Origin: Dipteris shenzhenensis
Lineage: Eukaryota
Direction: 5' to 3' (one strand)
DNA: 64,000 bases
NCBI GenBank assembly: GCA_047967505.1
Contig: CM106538.1
Made by a program: the position numbers and the translations under genes. Shown piece after piece: positions 50,121-62,300 of this stretch; the first letter of the stretch is position 1; every line of letters begins with the position of its first letter. The notes below the pieces were generated by a model. That model was given only the letters and a program-made list of their open reading frames with translations, was not told where the DNA came from and made no database searches.

Positions 50121-51058
50121 ATGCTGCGTGCACGATCTCCCTTCCGCAAACCGAGTAACATGTCCGATTCCGAGTCTGCGAGTTCATTTTCGTTACGGGA
50201 AAATACCCTGGAAAGATTTCCAAAGGGAGCCGCCACAGATGTGAGTCCAAAAGATGTCATGATGTTCCACGACGGCAATTCCAGGATGCGCTTTGAAGGC
50301 GATTTCCTTGCAGAGCAGCTGGTAGTGCAAGGCCATATGCAATTGGAGAGTCACAGTCTCACATGCTCGCGCCCCTTGGCGTCCCCTTCGAAGCTAGCAC
50401 CTTTTGCTTTTGGTTGCGCGCAACCACAAGAGGCCCTCTCAGAGTCCTCCGAAACAGAAGATGATTTTATCAGCGACAATCAGTTGGCGGTATGGCATCG
50501 AAACACAAGGACATCCATCCCATTGGGTGTGTCATTTGCGAGCAACGAGCTAGGATCTGCTCCGCCACCACATTTTTTAGATGCATGCTTTTCCTGCAAG
50601 AAAAGGCTGGGACCGCGAGTAGACATATTCATGTACAGGTACGCCATGATTTAAGGATTTGAAAGCCTTTCTTGCAAATTCCTTGGTTATACAAGCAAGC
50701 ATCAAGGCCTTCAGCTTCGAAGTGTGAGAATGCTCTTGGGAAGCTGTCCTTTCCTGCCCTGAGTTGCAGTGTTCGTTTAATAGGAAATTTAAGATTCGGG
50801 CTGCAGCAGGAGCAGCAGGAGTATTTGCTTTTACTTGGCATGTGGAACATCGTTCTTATCTATTAAAATGATTCCTTGCTTTGTGATAGGGGAGACACAG
50901 CCTTCTGCAGTCATGAGTGTAGAGAGCTTCAGATGAGGCTTGATGAAAGGAGAGAGCAAGTTTCTCACACATCTCAAATGAAGGCAAGCAGCGTGTCAAG
51001 TCCTGTTCGTCATGCAAAGAATGGGAAGAGCGTTGTTCCAACACCTGCTATTGTATAG
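50121..51058 (+). CDS. FLZ: FCS-like zinc finger (FLZ/DUF581, senescence-associated family) protein, 2 exons (50121-50638, 50890-51058), 228 aa
   Basis: Spliced domain HFLDACFSCKKRLGPRVDIFMYR|GDTAFCSHECRELQMRLDE matches CX2C-X17-19-FCSX2C. The GT-AG intron splits the R codon at the position typical of plant FLZ genes. No stops or frameshifts. Confidence 0.95.
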
Positions 51059-51773
51059 GGATATCCTGCACCCCAAGATCACCAATTTTGTAAACCCGTA
51101 TCAGCATTGGGCAATGCCACCAATGCTTACTGCTTATTCCCACCCACAGACTGTGAAAGACCTCTCGTCATCAATCACTTGTTGTTAACATATCCTCTAC
51201 CATCTTGTACATCTCACTGAAATGTAAGCCTTCTTGACTATCCTTGGTACTTTCTCAAGCGATGTATGAAATGAGTCCTCAAATGCTTTACCTTCCATGC
51301 TTTTCCCAAATTTGTACAGTGCTCGACTCATTTGGTTCATGAACCATGCGTTTCTCTTTGCGCCATTACTCTAATTGAACATCTGTTTGGATAGGAACAC
51401 GACGTATCTCAAACAATGCATCACCTTATTTGCAGGGTCGGAAAGAGCGTGGGCACAAAAGTTGAGTGTTGTGTGTAGGCATAGGACAATGTCACCGTGA
51501 CGCTAATATTGGTCAGAACATTTCCGCAACAAAGCCCTACCACCATCTCAAGCCGTTTTAGTCATGTTTTAGGCATGCAAGGAGTTTTTTTAAACCAAAT
51601 GATACAAATCTCAAAACAATTTGTTGTTTGTTTGATTGTGTGAGGGGCTAGGAGAAAAGACACAGGGAGGTAGAGAGATCATATCCTAAACCAAGATAGG
51701 TATTTTGAAGTAGTTTTTTATTTGTTTGATTGTGTGAGGGGGTAGGGAAAATGAAAAAGGGAGGGAGAGAGAT

Positions 51774-51888
51774 CAAATTCTGAACCAAGATGGATATTTT
51801 GTATATTGATGGATCTCCATCGTCTATGAATGACAAATTGCTAAATCTCTATATGTAAACCATTGTAGATGTATCTATATACGTGTGT

Positions 51889-51924
<36 letters not shown>

Positions 51925-52050
51925 ACACACATCGACAAATTCTGAACCAAGATGGATATTTTGTATATTGATGGATCTCCATCGTCTATCAATGACAAAT
52001 TGCTAAATCTCTATATGTAAACCATTGTAGATGTATCTTTATACGTGTGT

Positions 52051-52133
<83 letters not shown>

Positions 52134-52247
52134 AACACACCTAGACAAAGAAAGTGAGAAAAGAAAAGATAGAAAGAGATAGAGGGAGTGAGAAAGAGGT
52201 AGTCAGAAAGAGATAGACGGATTGAGAAAAAGCGAATGAGTAGCACG

Positions 52248-52291
<44 letters not shown>

Positions 52292-52400
52292 GGGGGAGGG
52301 GGGGAGGAGGGAGGGAGAGCGGAGTAAGAAATACAGTACGAGTAAGGAAGAGAAAGAAGAATCGAGAGAGATATAAGAGGGACAGAGGGAGTGGGTAAAA
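51774..52400. repeat. ~160-bp tandem duplication followed by (GA)n microsatellites and a G-run
   Basis: CAAATTCTGAACCAAGATGGATATTTTG...GTGTTATAT(GA)n at 51774-51930 and 51937-52140. Confidence 0.85.
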
Positions 52401-52501
52401 AGAGGGAGCAAGAGGGACAGAGGAAGAGTGTTAACCTTATGGTTAATATTTTAGATTACTGATGTCTCTCATCATAGAGTTTGGACAAAAAGGATTCCCA
52501 C

Positions 52502-55129
52502 CATAAGTTCATCTGTATGCGTACGCATGTATACAGACATTTTTTTGTACGCATTCCATACGGCTTTCCATATGTGACTTTTTAGGGGGGAGGAAAATCG
52601 AGATCCGAACCTTATAACCTAATTTGACGTCCTATTTTTATTCCTTACGTGTCGTTTGTGAAGGACCTCGAATCTTGAGAAAGGTTGTATGTCCATGACC
52701 TGACTCTCTGACCTGCAAACTGACCTTGCTGCCTCAAGAGCCTATATAGGCAGCCCTTTGCTCTCTTCTTTAGCACACAGTCCTGAGTCCCGACTGCCCT
52801 CAGCCCTTCACTCTTGAGTTTATGCAGCCTCTACCTGCTTTGGAGGTCAGTGGTCACCATACAGTTGTAGCCCGCAGTCTACCTCTATGCTCTACCTACT
52901 CCAAACATGAAGGTAATTGTAATGGCTGCTCTCTTTTCCTATTTCGTAGCAAGTTCTCTCTCTTTAGTTGATGCCAGATAACATGGTAGCCTGCAGGGGC
53001 TTCAAGCCCTCTTTGGAAATTGTTCCTTTGCCCAATGCCTTATTTGCCCTCTTTTGCAACTTTGTAGCTTGTAGATCTGCAAATGGGAAGAACAAAAGGA
53101 CCAGAATGGGAATTTGTAGAGGCCTTAAAGCCTTTCGGGAAGGGCCAATACACTTGTAAATGTAAATATTGTCCTCATTCATGGGATGGAGGACTAACCC
53201 GTATAAGGGCCTGTTTTCTTTGGCTTGGGGGTTGACAAGTGTACCGCTTACTTGTTGAAGATTACAGGCAAAGGCGGCTCTGAAAACTGTTGCAAAATAG
53301 CTTGATAAAGATGTGGCTGATTTGGGAGATGCCTTAGTGAGTGGTACTACAAGTGGAAATGCATATGTCAGTGCATATGAGTCAAAGCAAAAGATGTCAA
53401 AGAGAGCCTTGGCCAAGGCATGGGAGTCACAGGCACGGAAGGATGCATACATTGCTCTTTGTCGTTTTTTCTTTCCAAAGGATATTTGTTGGTACATGCT
53501 AACATGATTGTGGCATTTGTTACCCAGAAACACACCGTGTTAGCAATGTATAGAAAATTCAGCAAGATCGAATTGGTGAAGCCAGCACAAACACGGTTTG
53601 CTTACATGTTTATCATGTTAACAAACTTGTTGAATGAGAGGGTATACAATGGATTGCGCCACATGGTTGTCAGTGATGAGTATTGCATGAAGAAGGTGTC
53701 ACACACTGTGAAAGCACAATAGGTGTCTTCTATTATATTGGGTGCTTCATTTTGGCAAGATGCAAGACTCATTGTGAATCTTTGTGCACCTATTTTGAAG
53801 ATCCTTCGCTTGGCTGATAGGGAAGGGGATACCATGGGACTTGTACATGAGTTCACTGATCGGATGGTCGAGAAGATGGCAACTATTGATGGGATTGACT
53901 CTGCTAGAGCCTTGTGTGTTGACAGGTGGGATATGATGCATTCTCCATTGCATGCGGTAACTTTTGTTCTCCATCCTATTTGGAGAGAGGAAAATCTAGA
54001 TGGTGACAAGGAGGTGCATGATGGGTGGATGGATGTCATAGAGTGGTACACCAAGTACGATGTTGACAGCCAGGGCACCTTATGTGATGAGTTGGATATT
54101 TACAAATCCATGTCAGGCACATTTGCTCATGCGATTGCAAAGGATGAAAAGAGAATGCACCAAGGGGTGAAATGGTGGGAGACATTTGGAGCTCACACAC
54201 CAAATTTGCAGTGGTTAGCTCTTCAAGGCACATGTGCTTCTCCTTGTGAGAGGAATTGGAGCACATCCTCTCTTATCCATACTAAAAGAAGGAATAGGAT
54301 GCTTCCAAAGAATACCAAGAAATTAGTGTACATCCATACTAATTTGCGTCTCATTTCCAAAATCAAGGAAAGGGGATTTGAGAAGATAGACGTGACCCTG
54401 GAAATGATCAATAAGGAGAAGGATGATGATAGGCTGCTAGCAAGGCAAGCATATACAGAGGGAGAAGACATTCCAGCCCCTATTGTTACACTTACAAGAA
54501 TGATGGATGTTGCTACAGCTTCAAGCAGCTCTAGTCTTTTGGAGTTCCATGGTGAGGCAGATGAGGATTTGATGCAGATGATGATGAGGATGAGCAAGAG
54601 GATAAGGATGAAGATACAGCTTGAGGCTTGAGCCTCATCAGTTGTGAATTGTCATGCATGCTTTATTTCCGGGCTGTGGCACACTGGCAACCTTTTCTTT
54701 ATGATGTTTTGCCTTTCATGTTTTGGTGTAGTTACTAGTACTTAATTCCTTTGATCATGATGTTTTGGTGTAGTATTGATGATTAATCTATGATCTATGA
54801 TTCCATCATTTGACACTATGTATCAAAATCTAGAATCTAGATGACTATGGTTTCTGGAGGCTAGAGTCTTTCATGAATGATGAATCATGACTCATGAGTG
54901 ATGACTTTAAAATTAATACAAGTTTCAAGTTTCAAGCTGGAAGTTTAATACCTCTATGTCAATTTAATGTGTACAATGATCAATCTATATTTTTTTGAAA
55001 ATTTTGGGTAAAATTAGGGTCATGTATAAACCTTTCAGTATGTTTCAGCCCTAGGGGTTGAACCATACTCCAATCATACTTCCGTACTCTTATGATGTAT
55101 GCATATGGTGACTTATGGAAAAAACTATG
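52502..55129 (+). mobile_element. hAT DNA transposon, internally deleted
   Basis: 8-bp TSD ATTCCCAC at 52494-52501 and 55130-55137. Imperfect TIR CATAAGTT.../...AAACTATG. Encloses hAT transposase remnants. Confidence 0.88.
53300..54631 (+). pseudogene. hAT transposase pseudogene (C-terminal half incl. dimerisation domain)
   Basis: ELVKPAQTRFAYMF, FWQD..API.KILRLAD, DRWDMMHSPLHA, WWETFG..PNLQ..TCASPCERNWS..IHTKRRNR...KLVYIHTNL. In-frame TAG at 53720-53722; the central catalytic region appears deleted near 53490. Confidence 0.9.
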
Positions 55130-55799
55130 ATTCCCACTATGTAGCCTTAGTTCACTTAATAGAACACTTCATTGCCTCAAATTACGAACCGCTTCATGAA
55201 TGTAGAAGCCACTTTAATTCGATTGACTAGCCATGCTAACTGTACATCCATGTTGAAACCATGCAATGCCACATAAACTTCGTGCTATTGTTATTTGTCT
55301 GTTGCCACACACCAATTAGAGGATCATAGCTCCCATATGATGTAACCAAGGCCCCCCAATGAGGATTTTGCAAGCATTCCCACCCTAAATTTGAATGCAG
55401 ATGTAAATAATTCGATTTTACAATGAAGAATATTGATAGTTCAATCTAGAATTCTCATGAATAGCTACAAAGATGTTGCGGGGTCCATATGCCAGCATTG
55501 CATATACTCCAAAAGGACCCCGCATAGATCTATCCTGAGCCAATATGCTAAAATAGTGATAGCAAGAAGAAAACACGTTAACTACTGGGCACCGCTTTTT
55601 TTCAGTCAAGCCCATCGCTAAGCTTTCTTACAATAAGAGTAGTTCTCATATTGAAGGCAAGATGATGTATAAAACATCCAACCAAGACCAAATCCTGAAG
55701 AATGATCTGCATATACTCCAATCTCTACAATGAATCCAAGATAAAAACTTTCTGATTGTCATAGACTACCCTGACCAATTCTGACGAAGTTAGTTAGGC

Positions 55800-56420
55800 T
55801 ATTGGTTAAAATTTATTTCTATTTTAATATAAATATATTTCAAACCTAAATTATAATGTAAATAAATTTTAAATCTATATTATATTATAATATAAAAATG
55901 TATGTTTAAAATATATTTCATTATAATTAAATATATTTTAGAATTAAAATATAGGATTTAGTATTTAATACATAAATTAAATTAAATAATATAAGATTAA
56001 AATATAGGATTTCATACATAATTTCAATTAAATAATATTTTTAAATAATTAAAAATATATCTAGTTAATTTAAAATATGTGATATAGAATTTAAAAATAA
56101 TTTAAAAATGATTTGAAATATAGGATTAAAATACATTTTATGTTTAGGATTAAACATATTTTAAGATTTAAATTATGTTTTTTAATAAATAATTTGAAAT
56201 ATACTTTAAATTAATTTAATGTAGAAGATAGGATTTAGAAATTACTTTTTAAATGATTTAGGATTTAAAGTATATTTTAAATGAAATAAATCACTTATCA
56301 CTTTAGTATTTCATACTTAAACTTATGTTTTAAATCGTTTAGAATTTAAATTATATTTTAAAATGAATAAATCATTTATAAATATAGGATTAAATTTACT
56401 TTTTGAAAGCAAAATGAAAT
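55800..56420. repeat. Extremely AT-rich tract with repeated ATAGGATTTA/ATAGGATTAAA motifs
   Basis: Base composition is almost entirely A/T; motif at ~55951, 56004, 56119, 56228, 56384. Confidence 0.7.
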
Positions 56421-57083
56421 AATAAACATCAAATCTTAATAGAACGTGCAAAAGGAGATAATACTCAATTATACTTAACATCATAGAAAAGGAAACAATG
56501 TTCTGTAAACGGAAAGAGAAAATTATTTGAAAATGGTATTCTTTATTTACATTGAGTAGTATCACAAAGATCATCAAAGCTTGAATGCCTAAGCTACTCG
56601 AGTCTACGCTTCTTCCTACTTGGCTCAGATCCCTTTTTTGCTTGCTGAAGCAGAGAGGGCTGCACAATTTCATTCTCTATAGCCAAGGGATCTGTAATGC
56701 TAGCTAGCCCTGCAATAGCTATAATACTATGAAGCGGACCAGATCGTGTGTCTGAGAATAAAAATAAAGCTACACTACGCCTAATCAGAACAACACGATC
56801 AGCAGTAGAATGGATGGGCCTCATCTGTGATCTGACTGAGGACCTTGAACGTCATGATGTTTAACTTTCCATCTGGTGATAATTGTTGATGGAACACCAA
56901 AATGTGTTGAGCCACTCTGTTGATGTAGTGGCCGATTAACACCATCCCCCCATCAGAAGACCCTCTGGTTCCACCCTTGCGTCCAGCATACTCATCAACC
57001 CATAAAATATCCTGCAACCAACATATTACATCAAAATCCAAAGATTATATAAATTAATAAAATATAATTTTCAAGAATTAATA

Positions 57084-57395
57084 AGGGTTTTTTTCCAAGT
57101 AAAAATCATATCTTTAAGAAATCTTATTTAGGAGGCCACTAGGACCCTAGCAACCATGCCCATCATTTTTATGCCCAAAAAACCCCTGCCAGCCCAAAAT
57201 CTGACATCATGCGACCAGAGCCCAGTTTCTACTGGGCTCCTGCAGAAACTGGGCTCCTACATCATGATGTCGGATTTTGGGCTGGCAAGGGTCTTTTGGG
57301 CATAAAAATGATGGGCATGGTTGCTAGGGTCCCAGTGGCCTCCCAAAAAATATTTCTTAAAGATATGATTTTAATATGTGAAAAAACCATAACCT
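57084..57395. repeat. ~310-bp foldback (inverted repeat), copy 1
   Basis: AAAATCATATCTTTAAGAAAT...GACCCTAGCAACCATGCCCATCATTTTTATGCCCAAAA...GAGCCCAGTTTCT pairs with AGAAACTGGGCTC...TTTTGGGCATAAAAATGATGGGCATGGTTGCTAGGGTC...ATTTCTTAAAGATATGATTTT. Confidence 0.92.
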
Positions 57396-57546
57396 TGTTT
57401 AGACAAATGGAATGGGAGGGCCAAGTGGCAAGGGCATGTGTAAGGGGCAAGTGGCAGGGGAAAGTGGTAGGGCAAGTGTGACAATGGTAGGATGTCATGG
57501 GTTCAAAATCATAACATTTGGTTGGGTTTTGTACCCTAAACCCTCA

Positions 57547-57760
57547 ATCTTATTTTTCATTCCCTAAATCAAATTTGGGAGGCCTCTGACACCCTAGCAA
57601 GGATGTGCATCATTTTCAAGCCAAAGACCCCCTGGAAACCCTAAATTCAACATCATGTGACCAAGCCCTATTTCTACTGTTTTTGGCTTGAAAATGATGG
57701 ACATGGCTGCTAGGGTGTCAGAGGCCTCCCAAATTTGATTTAGGGAATGAAAAATAAGAT
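57547..57760. repeat. ~215-bp foldback, copy 2 (related to copy 1)
   Basis: ATCTTATTTTTCATTCCCTAAATCAAATTTGGGAGGCCTCTGACACCCTAGCA pairs perfectly with TGCTAGGGTGTCAGAGGCCTCCCAAATTTGATTTAGGGAATGAAAAATAAGAT. Confidence 0.92.
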
Positions 57761-58939
57761 GTGGATGTCTTGGGTTTAAAAGTCATAAAATTTACTTGGG
57801 TTTTCTACTGTAAACCCTAAACCCTATTTTTTATTCCCTACCAGTTGAAGAAAAAGCAATGCTTTTTGTTCCTAAAATGGAACATAGAATAATACTGATG
57901 ATTTTGAATTACATGATGAAGCTGGCAAAGCTACATACCTTTTCTGCCTCATCGCGAAGTGCATCAGCCTATAGTGTCCAACTAGACTCCCTTTTGTGGT
58001 AGATCTTGAACTTCATGTTGGCTTGAGGTGCCAACTTCTTCATCTCTGTCCTCGAAGAATTCCCTCTTCAAATTCATGAACTGCTCATTAGACATGTCGT
58101 ACTCTGGTGCGGCATCCTCGATTGCCTTTTGTGTTAGTTGGATTGCCTCCAAATCGATGAGGCTCGAGTCATCAAAGCATGCAATCTCATCGATTGCTGG
58201 ATTCACTAGAGCATCAAAGTCAATGACATCATCAAAAGTGTCATTCGAGAGCTGACAGAGCACCTCGTCCTCTCGGTGACTGGTTTCTTCCATCACTTCC
58301 AATAGGATAAGGTATTCCTCACCCTCAATCCTGATTGGATCAACTGAAGCAAGGTGTGGCTTGCTTGCTGCCTCATCTAGATCATAGGTAGAGGATGGAT
58401 ATGCATGAGTCGGATATGAAGATAAGATGACCTCGCTTGCAACTTGCTCCTTAGCTAGGCTAATAGTATGCTCCTCAGGCTCCAAGTCTAGGTTGATGGA
58501 CTTGATCCACCACTTGTGGATGCAGGACCCTCAGGCTGCTCGCCAACATCCTCATCAAACTTGCTAGTCGCAAAAGGAGAATGGTAAGGGCTACATCTCT
58601 CTCGATCAAATGAATTGGGGAAGATGAATCATCCCTGATGGGAATAGCGTACTCATGGAGAGAGAGAGGGACATTATCCATGGCCCTACCTAGTGCCTTC
58701 TTGAAGTTAGCACTCTGGTCAAAAGATCTCAAAATATCCAATGAAACCCATTGGTGAGGGGAGTTAGCAATTGCGACAGACTGCCCACAGATAAGTCTAT
58801 CAAAAAATTGAAGAGAGGGATTATGGTCGTTTAATGTAATGTGGTTTGTTAGGTCTGCTAATGTAATGGTTGTTGAATTGATGCAGGAGGCATTTGAGAT
58901 CACTCATTGCTGCACTATATTAGTCAAGTAGGAGGATCT

Positions 58940-59177
58940 ATCTCTCTCTCTCCCCTCTCTCTCTCTCTCCCTAACTATCTCTCTCCTTCTCTCCCTCTCT
59001 CCCTAACTCTCTCTCTCCCTAACTCTCTCTCTCCTTCTCTCCCTCTCTCCCTAACTTTCTCTCTCCCTCTCTCCCTAAATATCCCTCTCTCCCAAACTCT
59101 TTCTCTCCTCTCCCTCTCTCCCAAACTCTCTCTCTCCTTCTCTCCCTCTCTCCCTCACTCTCTCTCTCCTCTCCCTC
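58940..59177. repeat. CT-rich minisatellite (CTCTCTCCCTAACT variants)
   Basis: Direct inspection. Confidence 0.8.
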
Positions 59178-60009
59178 GGTTAACGCCTGTCGATGATATC
59201 ATCGACCGAGCTATGTGCATGCACTCAAAGCGAGGCGTGGCGAATCTGAGGAGCGCGGAAAAAAAGAGGTTGGGGAGGGTAGGAGAATCGAAGGGAAAAT
59301 CAGTGGGGGATCTAGGGGAAGATGAATATGGCAAGAAGAAGAAGCTCCCTTTAGTCCAAAAGAATTTAAACAAATGCATGAGGAGATGGAGATCTTACCT
59401 AGCAAAGCTAAAGAGCTGAGAGGGGTAGACTCATAGAGGGAGAGATGGAGAGGTTAGAGGAACTAACAAGAAGGGATTGGGGTAGAGTATAGAGTAATTT
59501 ATTTTTAGAAATGTTTCTTGCTATTTTTAGTGAATTGGATAGACTAGCAATCAAAGCAATGTGTATTCAAAAAATCAAATATAAAGTACTTTAGATCATA
59601 TTCAAACACACCACCCCCATTTTTAAAATATGGTAAATTAGAGTGAAGCACACCGTAAAACTTGATTTCATGACCAAATTAAAAATAAAAAACGCTTAAC
59701 CATAAGAAAATTGCACATACCTGGTGATTCTTTGAACTCTTGGGCGTATTTGGAAATAATGAGAAACAAATGTGGGAATCTCATGTTTAGAGAGAAAAGT
59801 TTCTACTTTTAGAAATTTCTCTATGCTCAAAACTGTAAACCTAGCCTTGAATTTCATGGTCAGGCATATAATTTCCATCTTTCATTGTTGCATGGCACTT
59901 TTGCGGCATCCCCTTTGAAGCTTTCCAAAGTTCTGCATTGGAGGTTCATTCAACACTACGTCTATCTCAATTTCTTCTTCTCATAGTTCGAAGGGCGCTT
60001 CCTTTGCTA

Positions 60010-62300
60010 CATTGGATGTATCTTGTACTAGTGGTGGAACCTCTTTGGCCACCTTGGATGTGTCTCCTACTCCTTCACATAAGCATGATGGTGGACATAG
60101 AAGCCCAAGTACTCAAATCCATGGACCTAATATTCCCAGTGAACAGAATGAAATAATAGATGTCAAAGCAAGCACTAGAGATCAACAAGTGTTATCAAGT
60201 ATGTGGTCCATGTCTAAGTTCATTCAATGGCTCTCTTTGTTTTGTTTTTGGTGCTAGAAATTATTTCTTACAAAAGACATCTAATCTAGATGGATCTCAA
60301 TGACTATCTTAGCTATCACAAAAGGGGAAGCGGAAGTCAATCTCATCTATTGAGGAGAGACTAAAGGGAAGACCAATGAATGTGGACCTCAAAAATTCTA
60401 GGTACACAAGAGGGAGAGCTCTTATAATGCTAGACACCGCACATCTGAAAGACGTGACCTGCAATACTCTTTGTTGTAGCAGAATGTGCCTGGTCACTTT
60501 TGGGGTTGCAAAATTAAGGGTGTTACAGCAAAATTATGTTGAAATGAATAAAGATTATCAAAATTTTTATTTAGCATGGTCTTAGGGAAAACAATATGAA
60601 CAAAATTGTGTTTGAGTACTCATTCGATTCAAGGATTGTTTGTCACAAAGCATATAGACTTGCACATTTTCTTGGCAACAAAAGGCTAAAAAGATTACAG
60701 GCTCGCGCACTTACTAAGATAATTTCTCCAAGCATGAGATCCATTCCATGTACAAGGATGCCATGGTTATTGCAGGTGATGAGTACATTACATACCAGCA
60801 TTTTTGTAGGATTTGGAAGACTTGAAGGCCTTGTGTAATAGAAGTTAAGGACAAGGAGAGGTGTGTGTAATGATGCCATGAAATTTTGCTTCGTTTTGAT
60901 AAAAATTGTTTGCTTACAACATCTAATCATTTTCTATATTTGCAGAAGAAGCAATCGCCAAATGCATCGAGAAATGCAAGCTCTAGAAAGGAAGAAGTTA
61001 GTAAAGCATTGCAAGAAGAGCTACCAATAGCCTAATAAGTACATAACCATCATCATTGATGGGATGGATCAAAAGAAGACAAATCTTCCACACTTCAAAC
61101 AAGTGCCCAAGGATTTGAAAGAGGAGAACTTCATCACATATCACGCAGTTCGATGCATGATCTACCATGGTGAATTAATCCCCAAGGTTTATCTGCTGAT
61201 GACACCAAATGTAAAAAATGATCCTAATCTCACAATTTCCATTCTTAATGATGCATTGAGGAATCTTACAAAACATCTTCCAAAAGTGTTGTATGTCCAA
61301 CTTGATAACACATCAAGAGAGAACAAAAATAAAGTTGTGTTGGCATATCTTTGCATGCTTGTGGAGAAAGGCATATTTCTGAAAGTGAAAATAGGATTCC
61401 TTATAGTGGGTCACACTATGACCATATTGATCAGATGTTTAGTCGGTTCTCAGTAAAGCTAAGAAGGAAAGAAGCATGGGGTGAGGATGCAATGATCCGC
61501 ATTTTATAGGATGCATATGTGCCAAAACCGATAATTGCAAACATGGAAAAAACAATAGATTTTAGACGCTTTATGTTTGGTGACAAACAAGCGAATTGAT
61601 CGATGTATTGAGAAGGTCAACGAGTTAAGCTTTCAACACCAATTTCGAATGAATAAAGATCAAGAAGGCACGATGTTGTTGTGGGGGAAGTCCTATTCCA
61701 CATCACCGACTTGGGTTCCAATCAAAGGATTGAAGTTCTTGAAGTGTGTTCTAGAGCATGAGTTGTATGTGGCACCCTTACAACCTTTACAATTAGTGAG
61801 GGAGTTGCAACGAGCCATGAAGGAGGGGAGACATGTAAACCCTATAAGTTCAGTCAATGAGATTAGAGAAACAATCCAGCATGCTGCAACATATTTTGAA
61901 GATGTGGCATGGACATGGTGGAATCCATTCTTTGTATCCCAAATACATATCAATAACCTATTAAATGACCCCAAGATGTGTCAGATTTTAGTTGGCCACA
62001 ATGCATTGAACAAGATTTTGTAAATGCGTGTATGAATGCTTCTTTAAGTGCACATTTACATGCACCTTCAAAGAAGAACTATCTTGGGGAGGAGAGAGAA
62101 TTGAACCTTGGAGCAAGAAAGTCCAAAAAGGCCAGGGAAAGGGTTCAAGAAATGTGGAGTGGTAGCATCGAGGACTTAGTAGTGGATATGATGGTTGCTA
62201 TGTTAGCAAGAGATGATCCTAGTGGATTTCCTTTTTGAATTGCTAAATTTGTGAAAGTCAAAAAGGAAGGTTCAAACACCAAGTGAATAGAGGTGCATTG
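60010..62300 (+). pseudogene. Sola-like / DUF7869-type DDE transposase pseudogene
   Basis: CCSRMC...YL...VCHKAYRLAHFLGNKRL, then IIIDGMDQKK, DPNLTISIL, PKVLYVQLDNTSRENKNKVVLAYL..LV, and FLIVGHT[+1 nt]HDHIDQMFSRFS (frameshift at ~61418). C-terminal PF*IAK...IEVH is cut by an LTR at 62301. Family name is assigned from remembered motifs, not a search. Confidence 0.65.

Larger units (their letters stand above)
56594..58908 (-). pseudogene. Unknown multi-exon gene remnant (acidic central region, basic C-terminal KKRR)
   Basis: Collinear ORF pieces 58903-58475, 58485-57982, 57041-56799, 56824-56594. Donor AAG|GTATGT at ~57938 and acceptor TTGCAG|GATATT at ~57012. No recognisable domain. Confidence 0.4.
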
